A program made the position numbers and the translations under genes. Shown piece after piece: positions 51,477-61,981 of a DNA stretch of 64,000 nucleotides. The notes beneath the pieces were generated by a model. That model did not search any database and was not told where the DNA came from. It saw only the letters and a program-made list of their open reading frames with translations. The first letter of the stretch is position 1; every line of letters starts with the position of its first letter. Location: the NCBI GenBank assembly GCA_965200875.1, contig OZ241456.1, forward strand, positions 1,408,001 through 1,472,000. Reading direction: 5' to 3'. Origin of the DNA: Bdellovibrionales bacterium (GTDB lineage Bacteria > Bdellovibrionota > Bdellovibrionia > Bdellovibrionales > UBA1609).

Positions 51477-52154
51477 ATGTCTGCTTATAATTTAATTCTT
51501 GTTCGACATGGACAAAGTCTTTGGAACCAGCAAAATCGCTTTACGGGATGGAAAGATATTGACCTGAGTGAGCAGGGCAAAAAAGAAGCACGAAAAGTCG
51601 CAGATTTACTAAAAGAAAAAAACCTGAAATTTGATCTGGCTTGTACTTCTCTTTTAAAAAGAGCTATTCACACCTTATGGATTATTTTGGAGGAAATGGA
51701 TCAAATGTGGATCCCCGTCATAAAAACCTGGAGATTAAATGAAAGACACTACGGAAAATTAACAGGACTTAATAAGAAGGAAATCGCAAAAACTTATGGA
51801 GAAGAGCAGATTCAAATCTGGAGAAGAAATTACAGTGCCATCCCTCCTCCCAGTGCCCTGATCCCAAACACAGATAGACGCTATGCAGACATACAAACCC
51901 TCCCTCAGGGGGAATCCCTTCAGCAAACAAAAAAAAGAGTACTCCCTTTCTGGGAAAAAACAATTATCCCTGATTTGCAAGCCGGCAAAACAATATTAAT
52001 GGTGGCTCATGGAAACAGCTTAAGAGCTTTAATTAAACACATAGAAAGCCTAAACGATGAGGAAATTACAAAAGTGGAAGTGCCTACTGGAACGCCTATC
52101 GCATACACTTTATCCAAAAACACTCTGCAATTAATAAATAAAAAAAAACTTTGA
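51477..52154 (+). CDS. gpmA: 2,3-BPG-dependent phosphoglycerate mutase
   Basis: LVRHGQS.WN..NRFTGW, LNERHYG, AHGNSLRAL. Confidence 0.96.
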   Translation: MSAYNLILVRHGQSLWNQQNRFTGWKDIDLSEQGKKEARKVADLLKEKNLKFDLACTSLLKRAIHTLWIILEEMDQMWIPVIKTWRLNERHYGKLTGLNKKEIAKTYGEEQIQIWRRNYSAIPPPSALIPNTDRRYADIQTLPQGESLQQTKKRVLPFWEKTIIPDLQAGKTILMVAHGNSLRALIKHIESLNDEEITKVEVPTGTPIAYTLSKNTLQLINKKKL

Positions 52155-52218
52155 ATATACGATTCCTTATCTGTTACCCTGTAACCTATAATAGGAAAAT
52201 CAAACTTTAGGTATAAAG

Positions 52219-53466
52219 ATGCCTTATATTGAAAAAATAGCGGTGGAAAAAGCCAGAAAAATTAACAGCACTCCCTCTATTTATGGAACCTTTGCTGAAA
52301 TTGGTGCTGGACAAGAAGTGGTAAATCATTTTTTTAAAGCCGGCAAAGCTTCCCAAACCGTTGCTAAAAGCATGTCCGCCTATGATATGACCTTCAGTGA
52401 TCAAATATACGGAAGAGCGGGACGATATGTGTCGGAACGCAGGCTTTTTAAAATGTTGGATCATGAATATAAACTGCTCCAAAAAAGACTGGCAAAAATA
52501 AGAGGGCATAAAACAAAATTTTTTGCTTTTGCAGATACAGTGGCTGTCAGCACAGCTGGTCGGCAATCCAGCACAGATGACCAGCAATCCGACACATCCC
52601 ACCATCATGGGTGGATGGGGATACGTTTTCAAAATGAATATAAAAAACCTTTTAATGAAATTATTTTGCATGTAAATCTCCTAGACAAAACCCGTTTGCA
52701 ACAATATGAAACCCTAGGGGTTTTGGGGGTTAATCTTATTTACTCTGCTTTCTATGGAAAAAAAGACCACAAAAATATTATCAAATCTCTTTTGGACAAC
52801 TTTGAATCCAATCGGGTGGATATTAATGTGCTGAATTGTTCCGGGAGAATTTTCAAAACACTTAATCATCATCAATTAAATATGGAGTTAATTCGACAAA
52901 AATCAACAGAAGCTCTGCTCTTTCAAAATGACGGTTCTCACATCCTAGCTTCAGACGCCTTATACGAAAAACACATTCTGATCCAACAGTATTACCCAAA
53001 GAGTCAAATAACACCTTCTCATATAAAACAAGTTCTTCATTACATTAAAACCACGAAAAAAATAAAGCATAACCCGATTTCCTTGATGAATATTCCTATA
53101 CAAAATCTAAAAAAAAACAATGTTCCTTATTATCTGAAAAAATACACTTCCCCGGTTCCAGATATAAACAAGCAGGAATATATTTTAATATCTGATTTCC
53201 ATAAACTGCATGAACTGAAAAATTTTATTCGAAAAGCGACCGATCAACATATTTTTATGCTGATAAACACCAACACTTTTATAAACATCCTGAAAAACTA
53301 TTCTCTAAAATCATCGGGCAATGACATATTGGAATTTTTTAGCCGACTTTGTGATTCAAAAACCTCTTTAATGATCCCGGACTATAACCCCCTCCCTCCC
53401 TCCTCCCCTTTTTATCACTTGGAAAAGCACCTTGTAAAAACCAAACAAATTATCCATCTTAAGTAA
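52219..53466 (+). CDS. Conserved protein of the family often annotated nicotinate-nucleotide adenylyltransferase-like; C-terminal half divergent
   Basis: IYGTFAEIGAGQEV..FF.AG.ASQTVAKSMSAYDM.FSD.IYG, HGWMGIRFQ. Confidence 0.7.
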   Translation: MPYIEKIAVEKARKINSTPSIYGTFAEIGAGQEVVNHFFKAGKASQTVAKSMSAYDMTFSDQIYGRAGRYVSERRLFKMLDHEYKLLQKRLAKIRGHKTKFFAFADTVAVSTAGRQSSTDDQQSDTSHHHGWMGIRFQNEYKKPFNEIILHVNLLDKTRLQQYETLGVLGVNLIYSAFYGKKDHKNIIKSLLDNFESNRVDINVLNCSGRIFKTLNHHQLNMELIRQKSTEALLFQNDGSHILASDALYEKHILIQQYYPKSQITPSHIKQVLHYIKTTKKIKHNPISLMNIPIQNLKKNNVPYYLKKYTSPVPDINKQEYILISDFHKLHELKNFIRKATDQHIFMLINTNTFINILKNYSLKSSGNDILEFFSRLCDSKTSLMIPDYNPLPPSSPFYHLEKHLVKTKQIIHLK

Positions 53467-53590
53467 TTTTAGACTTTTGTCTTAATATAGTTTTCTTTTA
53501 TTAATAAATATTCCTTTTCAAGTTGTTCAATCTAAATAAAAAAAATCCGATATTAAGAAAGTAGTAATCTTTGAAAAAGGCAGAAACGAA

Positions 53591-54667
53591 ATGGCTCGTT
53601 TTTTAAAAACCCGGTCAAAAGTATTGGGACTTCATCCCGGTTCCCTAGTTTATATTGGGGAAAAAGGGGATAAAGAAAAAATAAATATCAATCTCATCAG
53701 TTATACAAAGGATTCCTTTTTTGAATCTCATTCTGCCACTCTGGAAAAATGTATCGAGAATGTGAAGAATGAAAGTCAAATCACCTGGATTGAGTTTCAA
53801 GGGCTTTCTGATAAAAAGGTCATTGAAGAAATTGGAAATCAGTTTGGCATCCATCGGCTTTGGCTGGAGGATGTACTGAACACGGACCATCGACCAAAAG
53901 TAGAGGAATTGGATAATATGCTGTTTTCCATCATCAAGTATGTGTCCGCAGAACAAAAGGAAAACAGAATGTGTATTAAAGTTTCCCAAACCAGTATATT
54001 TTTCGGCAAAAGTTTTGTGCTCTCTTTCCATGACACAAAAGATGATATTTTTGAACCGGTTAAGGAAAGGCTTAGAAAATCTATATGGAAAATACGATCT
54101 CTAAAAGCAGACTATCTATTTTATGCCCTTATAGATCTGTTGATTGATCAATATTACATAACCCTCGAAAAAATGGGAGACGCTTTTGAAGAGCTGGAAA
54201 CACGAGTAACCTCAAATATTAATAAATTAAATCCTGTGGATATTCTGTCCTTAAAAGGTGAATTTCTGTATTTGAGGAAAACAGCCTTTCCTGTAAAAGA
54301 AGCCTTAAATAAAATTATTATCAGCAATCATCCCTGGATCGAAAAAAAAAATCTGCGGTACTTCAAGGATATTCAGGATCACACTATTCAGATTATTGAA
54401 GTTATTGAATACTATAATGAATTAACCACTTCCCTTATGGATTTTTATCAAAACACTATTAATAGAAAAATGAATGAAGTTATGAAAGTGTTAACTATTT
54501 TTGCGGCTATTTTTATTCCTCTTACTTTTATTGTGGGTATATATGGTATGAATTTTAAATTCATGCCTGAACTAAACTGGAAATATGGTTATCTGCTGGT
54601 ATGGATGCTGATTTTTCTTATCAGCGGAGGAATGATTTGGCTCTTTAAAAAAAGAAAGTGGCTTTAA
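53591..54667 (+). CDS. corA: Mg/Co transporter CorA
   Basis: EDVLNTDHRPKVE, MNEVMKVLT, YGMNFKFMPEL. Confidence 0.96.
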   Translation: MARFLKTRSKVLGLHPGSLVYIGEKGDKEKININLISYTKDSFFESHSATLEKCIENVKNESQITWIEFQGLSDKKVIEEIGNQFGIHRLWLEDVLNTDHRPKVEELDNMLFSIIKYVSAEQKENRMCIKVSQTSIFFGKSFVLSFHDTKDDIFEPVKERLRKSIWKIRSLKADYLFYALIDLLIDQYYITLEKMGDAFEELETRVTSNINKLNPVDILSLKGEFLYLRKTAFPVKEALNKIIISNHPWIEKKNLRYFKDIQDHTIQIIEVIEYYNELTTSLMDFYQNTINRKMNEVMKVLTIFAAIFIPLTFIVGIYGMNFKFMPELNWKYGYLLVWMLIFLISGGMIWLFKKRKWL

Positions 54668-54758
54668 ACCATGATTAACCATTCGTAAACTCTAAAGAAA
54701 ATTTCGAAAAAAAAACTCCAAAAACTCTTTTTTTCAAAAAGAATTTGAAATATCAAAA

Positions 54759-55524
54759 TCAAGAATTGTTTTTCAGCTTTTTGATCTCCTCTTCAGAAAG
54801 CCCTGTCATCTCAGAAATAACGGAAAACTTAAATTTGCTTTTTAGCATATTAAGTACCACTTCCTGACGACCTTCCTGACGACCCTTTTGCATACCCGCT
54901 TGTAAACCTTCCTGACGACCCTTTTGCATGCCTTTTTGTATGCCTTCTCTTAGACCTTTCTGCATGCCTTCTTGTATGCCTACTAATTTAATCTCTTCTC
55001 TTATGTCCATATAACCTCCTCTTTTTAATAAACTTCTTTCTATTGCCAAATGCTCAACTCTTTTCCATAACTCAACACTCACTCCACCCGCTGACTTCAA
55101 ATAATCCACTGCACTTAATATCAAATCCTCTCGCTTTCCCGAAAAACTTGAAAACGCAGACACAAACTCCAATAACTCCGGCACACTCTTCTTTAAAAAC
55201 CATATTTTGCTTAACAATGCTAATGCTCCACGGCTTTGAATGTTTGGATCCTTTAAAGCTTTTTGAACTTGTGGATCATGGGTGTCCAGCAACTTTAACT
55301 TGTAATCTAACATACTTTTACGAAAGGAAACAGGAATTTTATTAAAAAACGGTCCAAAAATGGCTTCCTGAAAAGAAATAGGCCAGCTCCAAGGCTTTTT
55401 TCCATGATAAAACACAATGGGAATAACAGCTATAATGTTGTCTGACTTCCGTTCATAGAGAAGAGTCTGATAGGATAAAACCTGCCGGAAGAGATTTTTA
55501 TTGTAAGAGGACTTGTGTTCCAGA
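54759..55524 (-). pseudogene. 5'-truncated second copy of the Rpn nuclease gene
   Basis: Near-identical to 9143-9956; homology stops abruptly at the LEHK codons; HD and PD motifs absent; internal RBS and ATG 55010 retained. Confidence 0.9.
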
Positions 55525-55676
55525 CGGAGGATTACTTACATGTTTTAATCCCGCTCAAAAGGGCGAACTCAGGATAAAAAAGTCAGCTGTGTAAAAATTA
55601 CATCCTTTAATTTTAAAGCTGGATTTTTTTTAGTATGTCGTGTATAAAATAAGATAATCAATTAAAGGAGTATTTT

Positions 55677-56372
55677 ATGAAAACTGTAATTGCTTTACTG
55701 TTTTTAAGCTTGGGGGCTTTGAGCTATGGAAATCAAACCCAGTGTAATATTGATAATTATCAAGACTATCTAAGTAGTAACCCAGAAAATTATCAGTGCG
55801 ATTTGCGAGGGAGTGAATTAACTGGGGTGGGTTTTAGTGGTATGAATATGAGTGGGTGGCTTTTCTCTGGTGCTAATTTAGAAAATTCTATAATTAGTGA
55901 TTCTATTATGTCAGGAGTAGAGATGTCCGGTGCGAATTTACACCACATGCTTATATCCGGGGTTGATTTCACAACAGCCTCGTTTTACGGAGCAGAGATA
56001 GAACACTCAGATTTTATCGATGTGAATTTTACAAATGTAGATTTCCAAAATATGAGCCTTCAGTTTAATACTTTTGAAGATGTGAATTTTACCGATGCGA
56101 ATTTAAAAGGAACAGATTTCAGTTGGTCGTCTTTTATCAATGTGAATCTTTCTAATAAGATTTTAGAGCTTACGGATTTTTGGGAAGTAAAATTTTATAA
56201 TACGAATTTTCAAAATTCAGACCTTACTGAAGTGATTTATTTGGAACATGCTATTATTGTAAAATCTAATTTTACCGGAGCGAAAGTCACAAGAGAGCAA
56301 GCGGATTATTTAACCTCAAAAGGTATAAGTGGGTTTGTTGTTGTTGATTCATTGTTATCAGAACCAGAATAA
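55677..56372 (+). CDS. Secreted pentapeptide-repeat protein
   Basis: AAGGAG RBS; signal peptide; (A/V)(N/D)(F/L)xx repeats; caps shared with 7976-8878. Confidence 0.9.
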   Translation: MKTVIALLFLSLGALSYGNQTQCNIDNYQDYLSSNPENYQCDLRGSELTGVGFSGMNMSGWLFSGANLENSIISDSIMSGVEMSGANLHHMLISGVDFTTASFYGAEIEHSDFIDVNFTNVDFQNMSLQFNTFEDVNFTDANLKGTDFSWSSFINVNLSNKILELTDFWEVKFYNTNFQNSDLTEVIYLEHAIIVKSNFTGAKVTREQADYLTSKGISGFVVVDSLLSEPE

Positions 56373-56451
56373 AACACAGAATTTATCTCAAAACAATGTC
56401 ATTTGTGGTTGTAATAAATTCATTGAAAAAACAGATCTGCACCCAGATGTT

Positions 56452-56880
56452 TTAATCACTGGTTAAAATATCACCTCTAAGCACTTCCACAAGAGCGTTT
56501 AAAGCATCCGTGGAAGTAAAAATACCTAGGTCACCATCGGGGTTCATAACCAACGCACTTCCATATTTGTTTTTGGACATATAAAAAGCCACTTCTGAAA
56601 GTTTTGTGTCTGAATTTACCAGATAAGGCTCTTTTTGCATAATATCTTTCGCCAGTAATTGCGCTCTATTGTTTAATTTGTATGCGGAAAAAAGATCTCG
56701 TTCGCTGATAATGCCAACCAACTTATCTTTTTCGTGAACAGGTATATGCCTGATACCTTCTTTTTTAATCATCTGTTCTAATTCACTTAATTCCGTATCA
56801 GATGATACGCTTTTCAGGCAAGGTGTAGTGAATTCCTCTACAGTCAGATTTTTTATTTTGTCCCAATTTTTTATTTCCAT
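56452..56880 (-). CDS. CBS-pair protein
   Basis: IRHIPV..LVGIISERDL, GIFTSTD. Confidence 0.9.
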   Translation of the reverse strand: MEIKNWDKIKNLTVEEFTTPCLKSVSSDTELSELEQMIKKEGIRHIPVHEKDKLVGIISERDLFSAYKLNNRAQLLAKDIMQKEPYLVNSDTKLSEVAFYMSKNKYGSALVMNPDGDLGIFTSTDALNALVEVLRGDILTSD

Positions 56881-57038
56881 AAAATCACCTCTTTCAAATA
56901 TATCCAGAATACTTTACACTAATTCAAGAGCATTTTCAATAGACAGAATTACAGTTGTTTCACTTTTAAGGAGATAGTCAGTATAAACGCTTGACTTTTT
57001 TAATGATATGTAATTTATCAAAAACAGGAGAAAAAATA

Positions 57039-57356
57039 ATGGAAGTTAAGGAAAAGATACAAAAACTTTTAGAGCAACACCCGGTCCTGCTTTTTATGAA
57101 AGGCAGTCCTGAAAAGCCTCAATGTGGTTTTTCAGCCAGAGTAACTCAAATCTTACAGTATCTGCAAGTTTCGTTTCACCATTACGATGTTCTCAACAAC
57201 GAAGAAATAAGAGCTGGAATTAAAGATTACACTAAATGGCCCACTATCCCTCAGCTGTATGTTAATGGGAAGTTTATAGGGGGTTGTGATATCGTACAAG
57301 AGCAATTTGAAAGCGGGGAATTAGACAAACTATTATCCAATTTTAAAATAAGTTAG
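57039..57356 (+). CDS. grxD: Monothiol glutaredoxin
   Basis: FMKG...PQCGFS, WPTIPQLY, GGCDI; AGGAG RBS. Confidence 0.96.
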   Translation: MEVKEKIQKLLEQHPVLLFMKGSPEKPQCGFSARVTQILQYLQVSFHHYDVLNNEEIRAGIKDYTKWPTIPQLYVNGKFIGGCDIVQEQFESGELDKLLSNFKIS

Positions 57357-57396
57357 TCATATAAAAATTAATCAACTTGACAAAAGCACACACAAA

Positions 57397-58584
57397 TTAA
57401 AGAGGTTTCAATTTAAGAATTTTTCCGGCATCCACAGAAACATAAATATAACCAGCCGGGCCTTCAATAACATTACGAACTTTAAATTCCAAATCTGATA
57501 ACAACCGTTCTTCTTTTTGAGCTTTTTGATTCTCTATTTCCACCCGATTCAAATGCGTTAAAACAAGAGCACCTGAGAAAAAACTGTGTTTCCAGTTTTT
57601 AAATATTTTGCCGGAATAAATCATCAGCCCGGACGGAGCGATAGAGGGCACATAATACTTTATGGGTTGCTCCATTCCCTGCTTCTTAACACCTTCTCCT
57701 ATTGCAGGCCCCCAATACTCTCTGCCATAAGTAATCACCGGCCAACCATAATTTTTACCTCTTTGTATTAAATTAATTTCATCTCCTCCCCTAGGACCAT
57801 GTTCCTGTGACCAAATCCTCCCTGTTTCAGGGTGAATAAAAAGCCCCTGAGGATTGCGGTGGCCAAAACTCCATATCTCCGGTTTTGCCCCTTCAACAGA
57901 AACAAAAGGATTATCTGTTGGAGCTTTTCCATCTGGTTTTAAACGCAAAATTTTTCCAAAATGATTATCCAGCTTTTGAGCAAAATGTCGTTCAGTGCGA
58001 TCCCCCACTGTAACATATAAAAAACCTTTTTGATCAAATACCAAACGAGAACCAAAGTGGCGGCTGGCGGAAACCGCCGGCAGGACCGTAAAAATGTCCT
58101 TTAACTGTGTTAGTTTATCCTCTTTTAACAAAGCTTCTGCCACTGCCGTTGTTTGCTTGTCATTCACTTCCTTGGAATAAGATATATATATCTTTTTGTT
58201 TTCCGAAAAATGAGGATGAAGAGTTACATCCAACAGACCACCCTGCCCCCTAGCATACACCTCAGGTGCTCCTGACACAGAAACAACTTTACCTGTTTGT
58301 ATATTCAGTTTTTTGACATTCCCCTCCCGTTCGGTAAAAAGCATTTCCGTATCACTGATAAAAACCATACCCCACACAACACCTAAGTCCTCCGCCAATA
58401 TTTCCACACTGAACGGCACACTGCCTGAAGGATATGTTTTCAGAATTTTTCCAACTTGAGAATTTATACCACCAGAAGAAGGTCTCTTATCAGAACCACA
58501 AGCCGACATTGTCATAAAACTGTTAATAATAAAAAAAATGAATATATTTTTAAAAAATAAATAAAACACAGCACCTCCTAACAA
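57397..58584 (-). CDS. PQQ-dependent soluble sugar dehydrogenase (YliI/GSDH family; start uncertain)
   Basis: GQGGLLDV..HP.F, HFGSRL, GHRNPQG, EHGPRGGDEIN, NYGWP. Confidence 0.93.
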   Translation of the reverse strand: MLGGAVFYLFFKNIFIFFIINSFMTMSACGSDKRPSSGGINSQVGKILKTYPSGSVPFSVEILAEDLGVVWGMVFISDTEMLFTEREGNVKKLNIQTGKVVSVSGAPEVYARGQGGLLDVTLHPHFSENKKIYISYSKEVNDKQTTAVAEALLKEDKLTQLKDIFTVLPAVSASRHFGSRLVFDQKGFLYVTVGDRTERHFAQKLDNHFGKILRLKPDGKAPTDNPFVSVEGAKPEIWSFGHRNPQGLFIHPETGRIWSQEHGPRGGDEINLIQRGKNYGWPVITYGREYWGPAIGEGVKKQGMEQPIKYYVPSIAPSGLMIYSGKIFKNWKHSFFSGALVLTHLNRVEIENQKAQKEERLLSDLEFKVRNVIEGPAGYIYVSVDAGKILKLKPL

Positions 58585-58588
58585 CCTT

Positions 58589-59974
58589 CTAATGAAATTG
58601 ATTTACCAAATTGGTAAATAGATTACCCCTTTCTTCAAAAGAATTAAAAATATCAAAGCTCGGGCAACCTGGTGATAATAATACGGTATCCCCAATACGA
58701 GATTTCTGGTAAGCAATCAGCACAGCCTCTTCAAAAGTCCCAATCAAAAAAGTTTCAGAATAATCTCCTATTTGACGATTGAGTCTTTCCTTTGCTTCCC
58801 CTACCAAAATCAAGTTTTTCACCTTCTTTCGAATAAGTTCCGCCAAAGGTTTATAGTTTAAGTCCGTATCTTTTCCACCCATAATCAAAATCACATTATC
58901 CTCAAAAACATCCAATGCCTTCATTACAGCATGTACATTGGTGGCTTTGGAGTCATTGTAAAATTTCACACCCCCCACTTTTCTCACATAATTTAACCGA
59001 TGAGGCCGACCGGCATAAGAGGAAATCACTTTTTGAGCACTTTCCCAATTCGCGCCATTAATACGAGCTATGAGAATAGCCGCCATGATGTTTTCATAAG
59101 AATGTCCACCTTTTAACAAGCTGTTTTCTATGCTGTAATATTCAATTTCTTGGCTGATACGAACCCGTATCTGATTTCCTATTAAAATAGCTCCTCCAAT
59201 TTTCATAATAATTTGAGATTCCAGTGATTTTTTTCTGGAAAAATACCTCAAACATCCTTTCTGAACGCAAGGATCCCTTGCCAACTCCAAAATGGCTTTG
59301 TCATCCGCATTCAAAATAACGACTGTCTGATCGGATACATTCTGAAATATCTTCCTCTTGGCGTTAACATACTCCTCCATACTACGATAACGATCCAAAT
59401 GATCTTCTGCTAAATTAGTAAACACGATATTTCTGGGTGTCATCTCTTTCACATGTTCCAACATAAAGCTGGATGCTTCCACGACTAAAAAATCTGATTT
59501 TTCATTTTTATAAAGATATTCACTAAGTGGTTTACCGAAATTCCCTCCTGCCCAAACATGTTTTCCAGATTCCTTCAGCACTTTGTAAATCAGATCTGCG
59601 GTGGTGGTTTTTCCATTGGTTCCAGTAACCACTAAAAGAGGAGATTTTACAAACCGGGAACAAAACTCAAATTCTCCTGTTACTTCCACACCTTGTGCTT
59701 TAACATATTCAAATAACTTTAAATGAGAAGGCACACCTGGACTTAAAATAACATAATTCTTATTCAAAAAGCTTTTAGGGTTATGGCCTTCCAATTCCAA
59801 TTTAAGAGGCAAATCCTCCACTTGCTCTAAATAGCGAGCCAACTCCGCCGATGATTTATGATCACTAATAGTGACTTGCGCCCCGTATTTAACCAAAAAA
59901 CGAGCCAAAGAGACCCCGGTTTTTGCCAAACCCACAATTAAAATTTGTTTACCTTTTAATTCACTTAATTCCAC
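58589..59974 (-). CDS. murD: UDP-MurNAc-L-Ala:D-Glu ligase
   Basis: SPGVP, TGTNGKTTT, EASSF, DHLDRY, NDSKATN, LLSPGC.SFD. Confidence 0.96.
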   Translation of the reverse strand: MELSELKGKQILIVGLAKTGVSLARFLVKYGAQVTISDHKSSAELARYLEQVEDLPLKLELEGHNPKSFLNKNYVILSPGVPSHLKLFEYVKAQGVEVTGEFEFCSRFVKSPLLVVTGTNGKTTTADLIYKVLKESGKHVWAGGNFGKPLSEYLYKNEKSDFLVVEASSFMLEHVKEMTPRNIVFTNLAEDHLDRYRSMEEYVNAKRKIFQNVSDQTVVILNADDKAILELARDPCVQKGCLRYFSRKKSLESQIIMKIGGAILIGNQIRVRISQEIEYYSIENSLLKGGHSYENIMAAILIARINGANWESAQKVISSYAGRPHRLNYVRKVGGVKFYNDSKATNVHAVMKALDVFEDNVILIMGGKDTDLNYKPLAELIRKKVKNLILVGEAKERLNRQIGDYSETFLIGTFEEAVLIAYQKSRIGDTVLLSPGCPSFDIFNSFEERGNLFTNLVNQFH

Positions 59975-60023
59975 TGGTATCTCCTTTTTCCGGCTTTATT
60001 GCGACAATATTTTTCAAAGACTA

Positions 60024-61100
60024 CTATCTTAGCTTTAAAGTAGCCAGACTGACAACAGCCAACAAACAAGCTACAATCCAAAATCGCACGATAATCTTGG
60101 ATTCCTCCATACCTTTTAACTCAAAATGATGATGTAAAGGGGCCATAGCAAAAATTCTTTTTCCCGTCATCTTAAAACTGATCACCTGTAAGATAACCGA
60201 TAAAGCTTCCACAACAAATACCCCACCTAAAATAGCCAAAAGAATTTCGTTCTTGGTAAAAACAGCCAAAACACCTAAAAACGCGCCTAAACTCAAACTT
60301 CCTGTATCACCCATAAAAATCTGAGCGGGATAGGAGTTATACCACAGAAAACCCAATCCCCCCGCTAAAACCGCCACTGCCAGAGGAGTGATTTCCCCTG
60401 CACCGGCTATAAAAGGAATGCCCAAATAGGAAGCCATATTAAAATGCCCGGCCAAATAAGCAAATACAGCCAAAGTGCCAGCACAAACCATGACCGGCAC
60501 AATAGCCAAGCCATCCAAACCATCTGTCAAGTTAACCGCGTTCGCGCAGGCTGTAATAACAAAACTTCCAAACAACACATAAAACCAAGATAAGTCAAAC
60601 GCCATATCCTTAAAAAATGGAATATATAAAATAGGTTCAATCTGATTTGTATAAAGTAGTACAGTCAATATTATACTGGAAATGCCAAACTCATATAACA
60701 ACCGATATATCGGCGGGATGCCTTTAAAATTTTTCCAACGGCTTTTAATAAAATCATCCCAAAAACCAATGGCACCAAAACCCATCAATATAGCTAAAAC
60801 TCCCCATATTAAAGGTTCCGATAAATCCACCCAAAGTAAAGAACTTAATAAAAGTGCGAGTAAAACCAACCCGCCACCCATAGTGGGAGTGCCACTTTTT
60901 TTCTTATGAGAGTCGGGACCGTCAGAATTAATTTCCTCACCCATGTCTTTTTTATTGAGTGTTCTTATAAAATAAGGAGCGAATAACCAACATACAAAGA
61001 AGGCAGTAAAAAATGCCAAAAAAGATCGGAAAGTAATGTAGCGAAAAACATTAAAAACAGAGAAGGAATCCGATAGTTCAAACAACCATTTGTAAATCAT
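60024..61100 (-). CDS. mraY: Phospho-MurNAc-pentapeptide transferase
   Basis: [39 protein letters not shown]. Confidence 0.97.
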   Translation of the reverse strand: MIYKWLFELSDSFSVFNVFRYITFRSFLAFFTAFFVCWLFAPYFIRTLNKKDMGEEINSDGPDSHKKKSGTPTMGGGLVLLALLLSSLLWVDLSEPLIWGVLAILMGFGAIGFWDDFIKSRWKNFKGIPPIYRLLYEFGISSIILTVLLYTNQIEPILYIPFFKDMAFDLSWFYVLFGSFVITACANAVNLTDGLDGLAIVPVMVCAGTLAVFAYLAGHFNMASYLGIPFIAGAGEITPLAVAVLAGGLGFLWYNSYPAQIFMGDTGSLSLGAFLGVLAVFTKNEILLAILGGVFVVEALSVILQVISFKMTGKRIFAMAPLHHHFELKGMEESKIIVRFWIVACLLAVVSLATLKLR

Positions 61101-61257
61101 ATAGTGCTTTTAACAAAAGGTCTTATTAAGCGCAAGCCCCTCACAAAGCATGTACTTTTTTCCCCGGCTGTTGCACATAACGCAAAGCAATAAATAAGTG
61201 CTTATTAATATTGAGTCAAGTGTGAAAAATTATTATTTCCCAGAGGGTTACTTTAAT

Positions 61258-61806
61258 TTAAGAGGAAAACTCAATAAATTTGAATTTTTTTCTAAAATCA
61301 TTTGTATAATCCATAGCAGTGATCCAGCTGAGTGCTACGCAAATCCATAAGAGGCTATAACCCGCCTTCTCTATGTAGAAAGATGTTTGAAAGCCTATCA
61401 ACATGAGCAACACACCCGCAATTTGCAAAGTGGTCTTCCACTTTGCCAGTGACTTTGCATATAAGATCAAGCCTTTTTCCGCGGCAATGGAACGAAGTCC
61501 GGTTATGTAAATGTCTCTGGATACTAATAGAATAATCAAAAATGGATCAATTTTATGCAAATAACAAAGCAAAATCAAAATAGATAGAGTGAGAATTTTA
61601 TCTGCTACCGGATCCAATAAAGCACCTGCTGTTGTTTGAGCGAACCATTTTCGGGATAAATAGCCATCCAAGGCATCAGTGAGACCCGCGATCAGCCAAA
61701 GAATAGCGGCGAACCAGTAAAGTTTGTATATAATAAGCAACACTACAGGCAAAACCAAAGCGATGCGAAAGAAGGTTAAATACATAGGTATTAGTTTTTT
61801 ATTCAT
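61258..61806 (-). CDS. pgsA: CDP-diacylglycerol-glycerol-3-phosphate phosphatidyltransferase
   Basis: TDALDGYLSR...GALLDPVADK, KWKT. Confidence 0.9.
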   Translation of the reverse strand: MNKKLIPMYLTFFRIALVLPVVLLIIYKLYWFAAILWLIAGLTDALDGYLSRKWFAQTTAGALLDPVADKILTLSILILLCYLHKIDPFLIILLVSRDIYITGLRSIAAEKGLILYAKSLAKWKTTLQIAGVLLMLIGFQTSFYIEKAGYSLLWICVALSWITAMDYTNDFRKKFKFIEFSS

Positions 61807-61830
61807 AGTGTTTTTTTTCCTTAGTAAATT

Positions 61831-61907
61831 TGGTCGGACCGACTGGATTTGAACCAGCGACCTCCACCACCCCAAGGTGACGCGCTACCGGGCTGCGCTA
61901 CGGTCCG
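61831..61907 (-). tRNA. tRNA-Pro(GGG)
   Basis: CGGACCGTAGCGCAG...anticodon loop TTGGGGT...CGGTCCGACCA; CCA encoded. Confidence 0.95.
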
Positions 61908-61981
61908 GGTTTAAAAAAAATTATACTCGAAGAATAAATAAGAATCAGTAAAAAAAAGAATCTGTCTTGAAAAATGGACTG

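Noticed and set aside
61807..61875. N-terminal extension of pgsA
   Set aside because: Runs through tRNA-Pro; ATG 61806 is the more plausible start.
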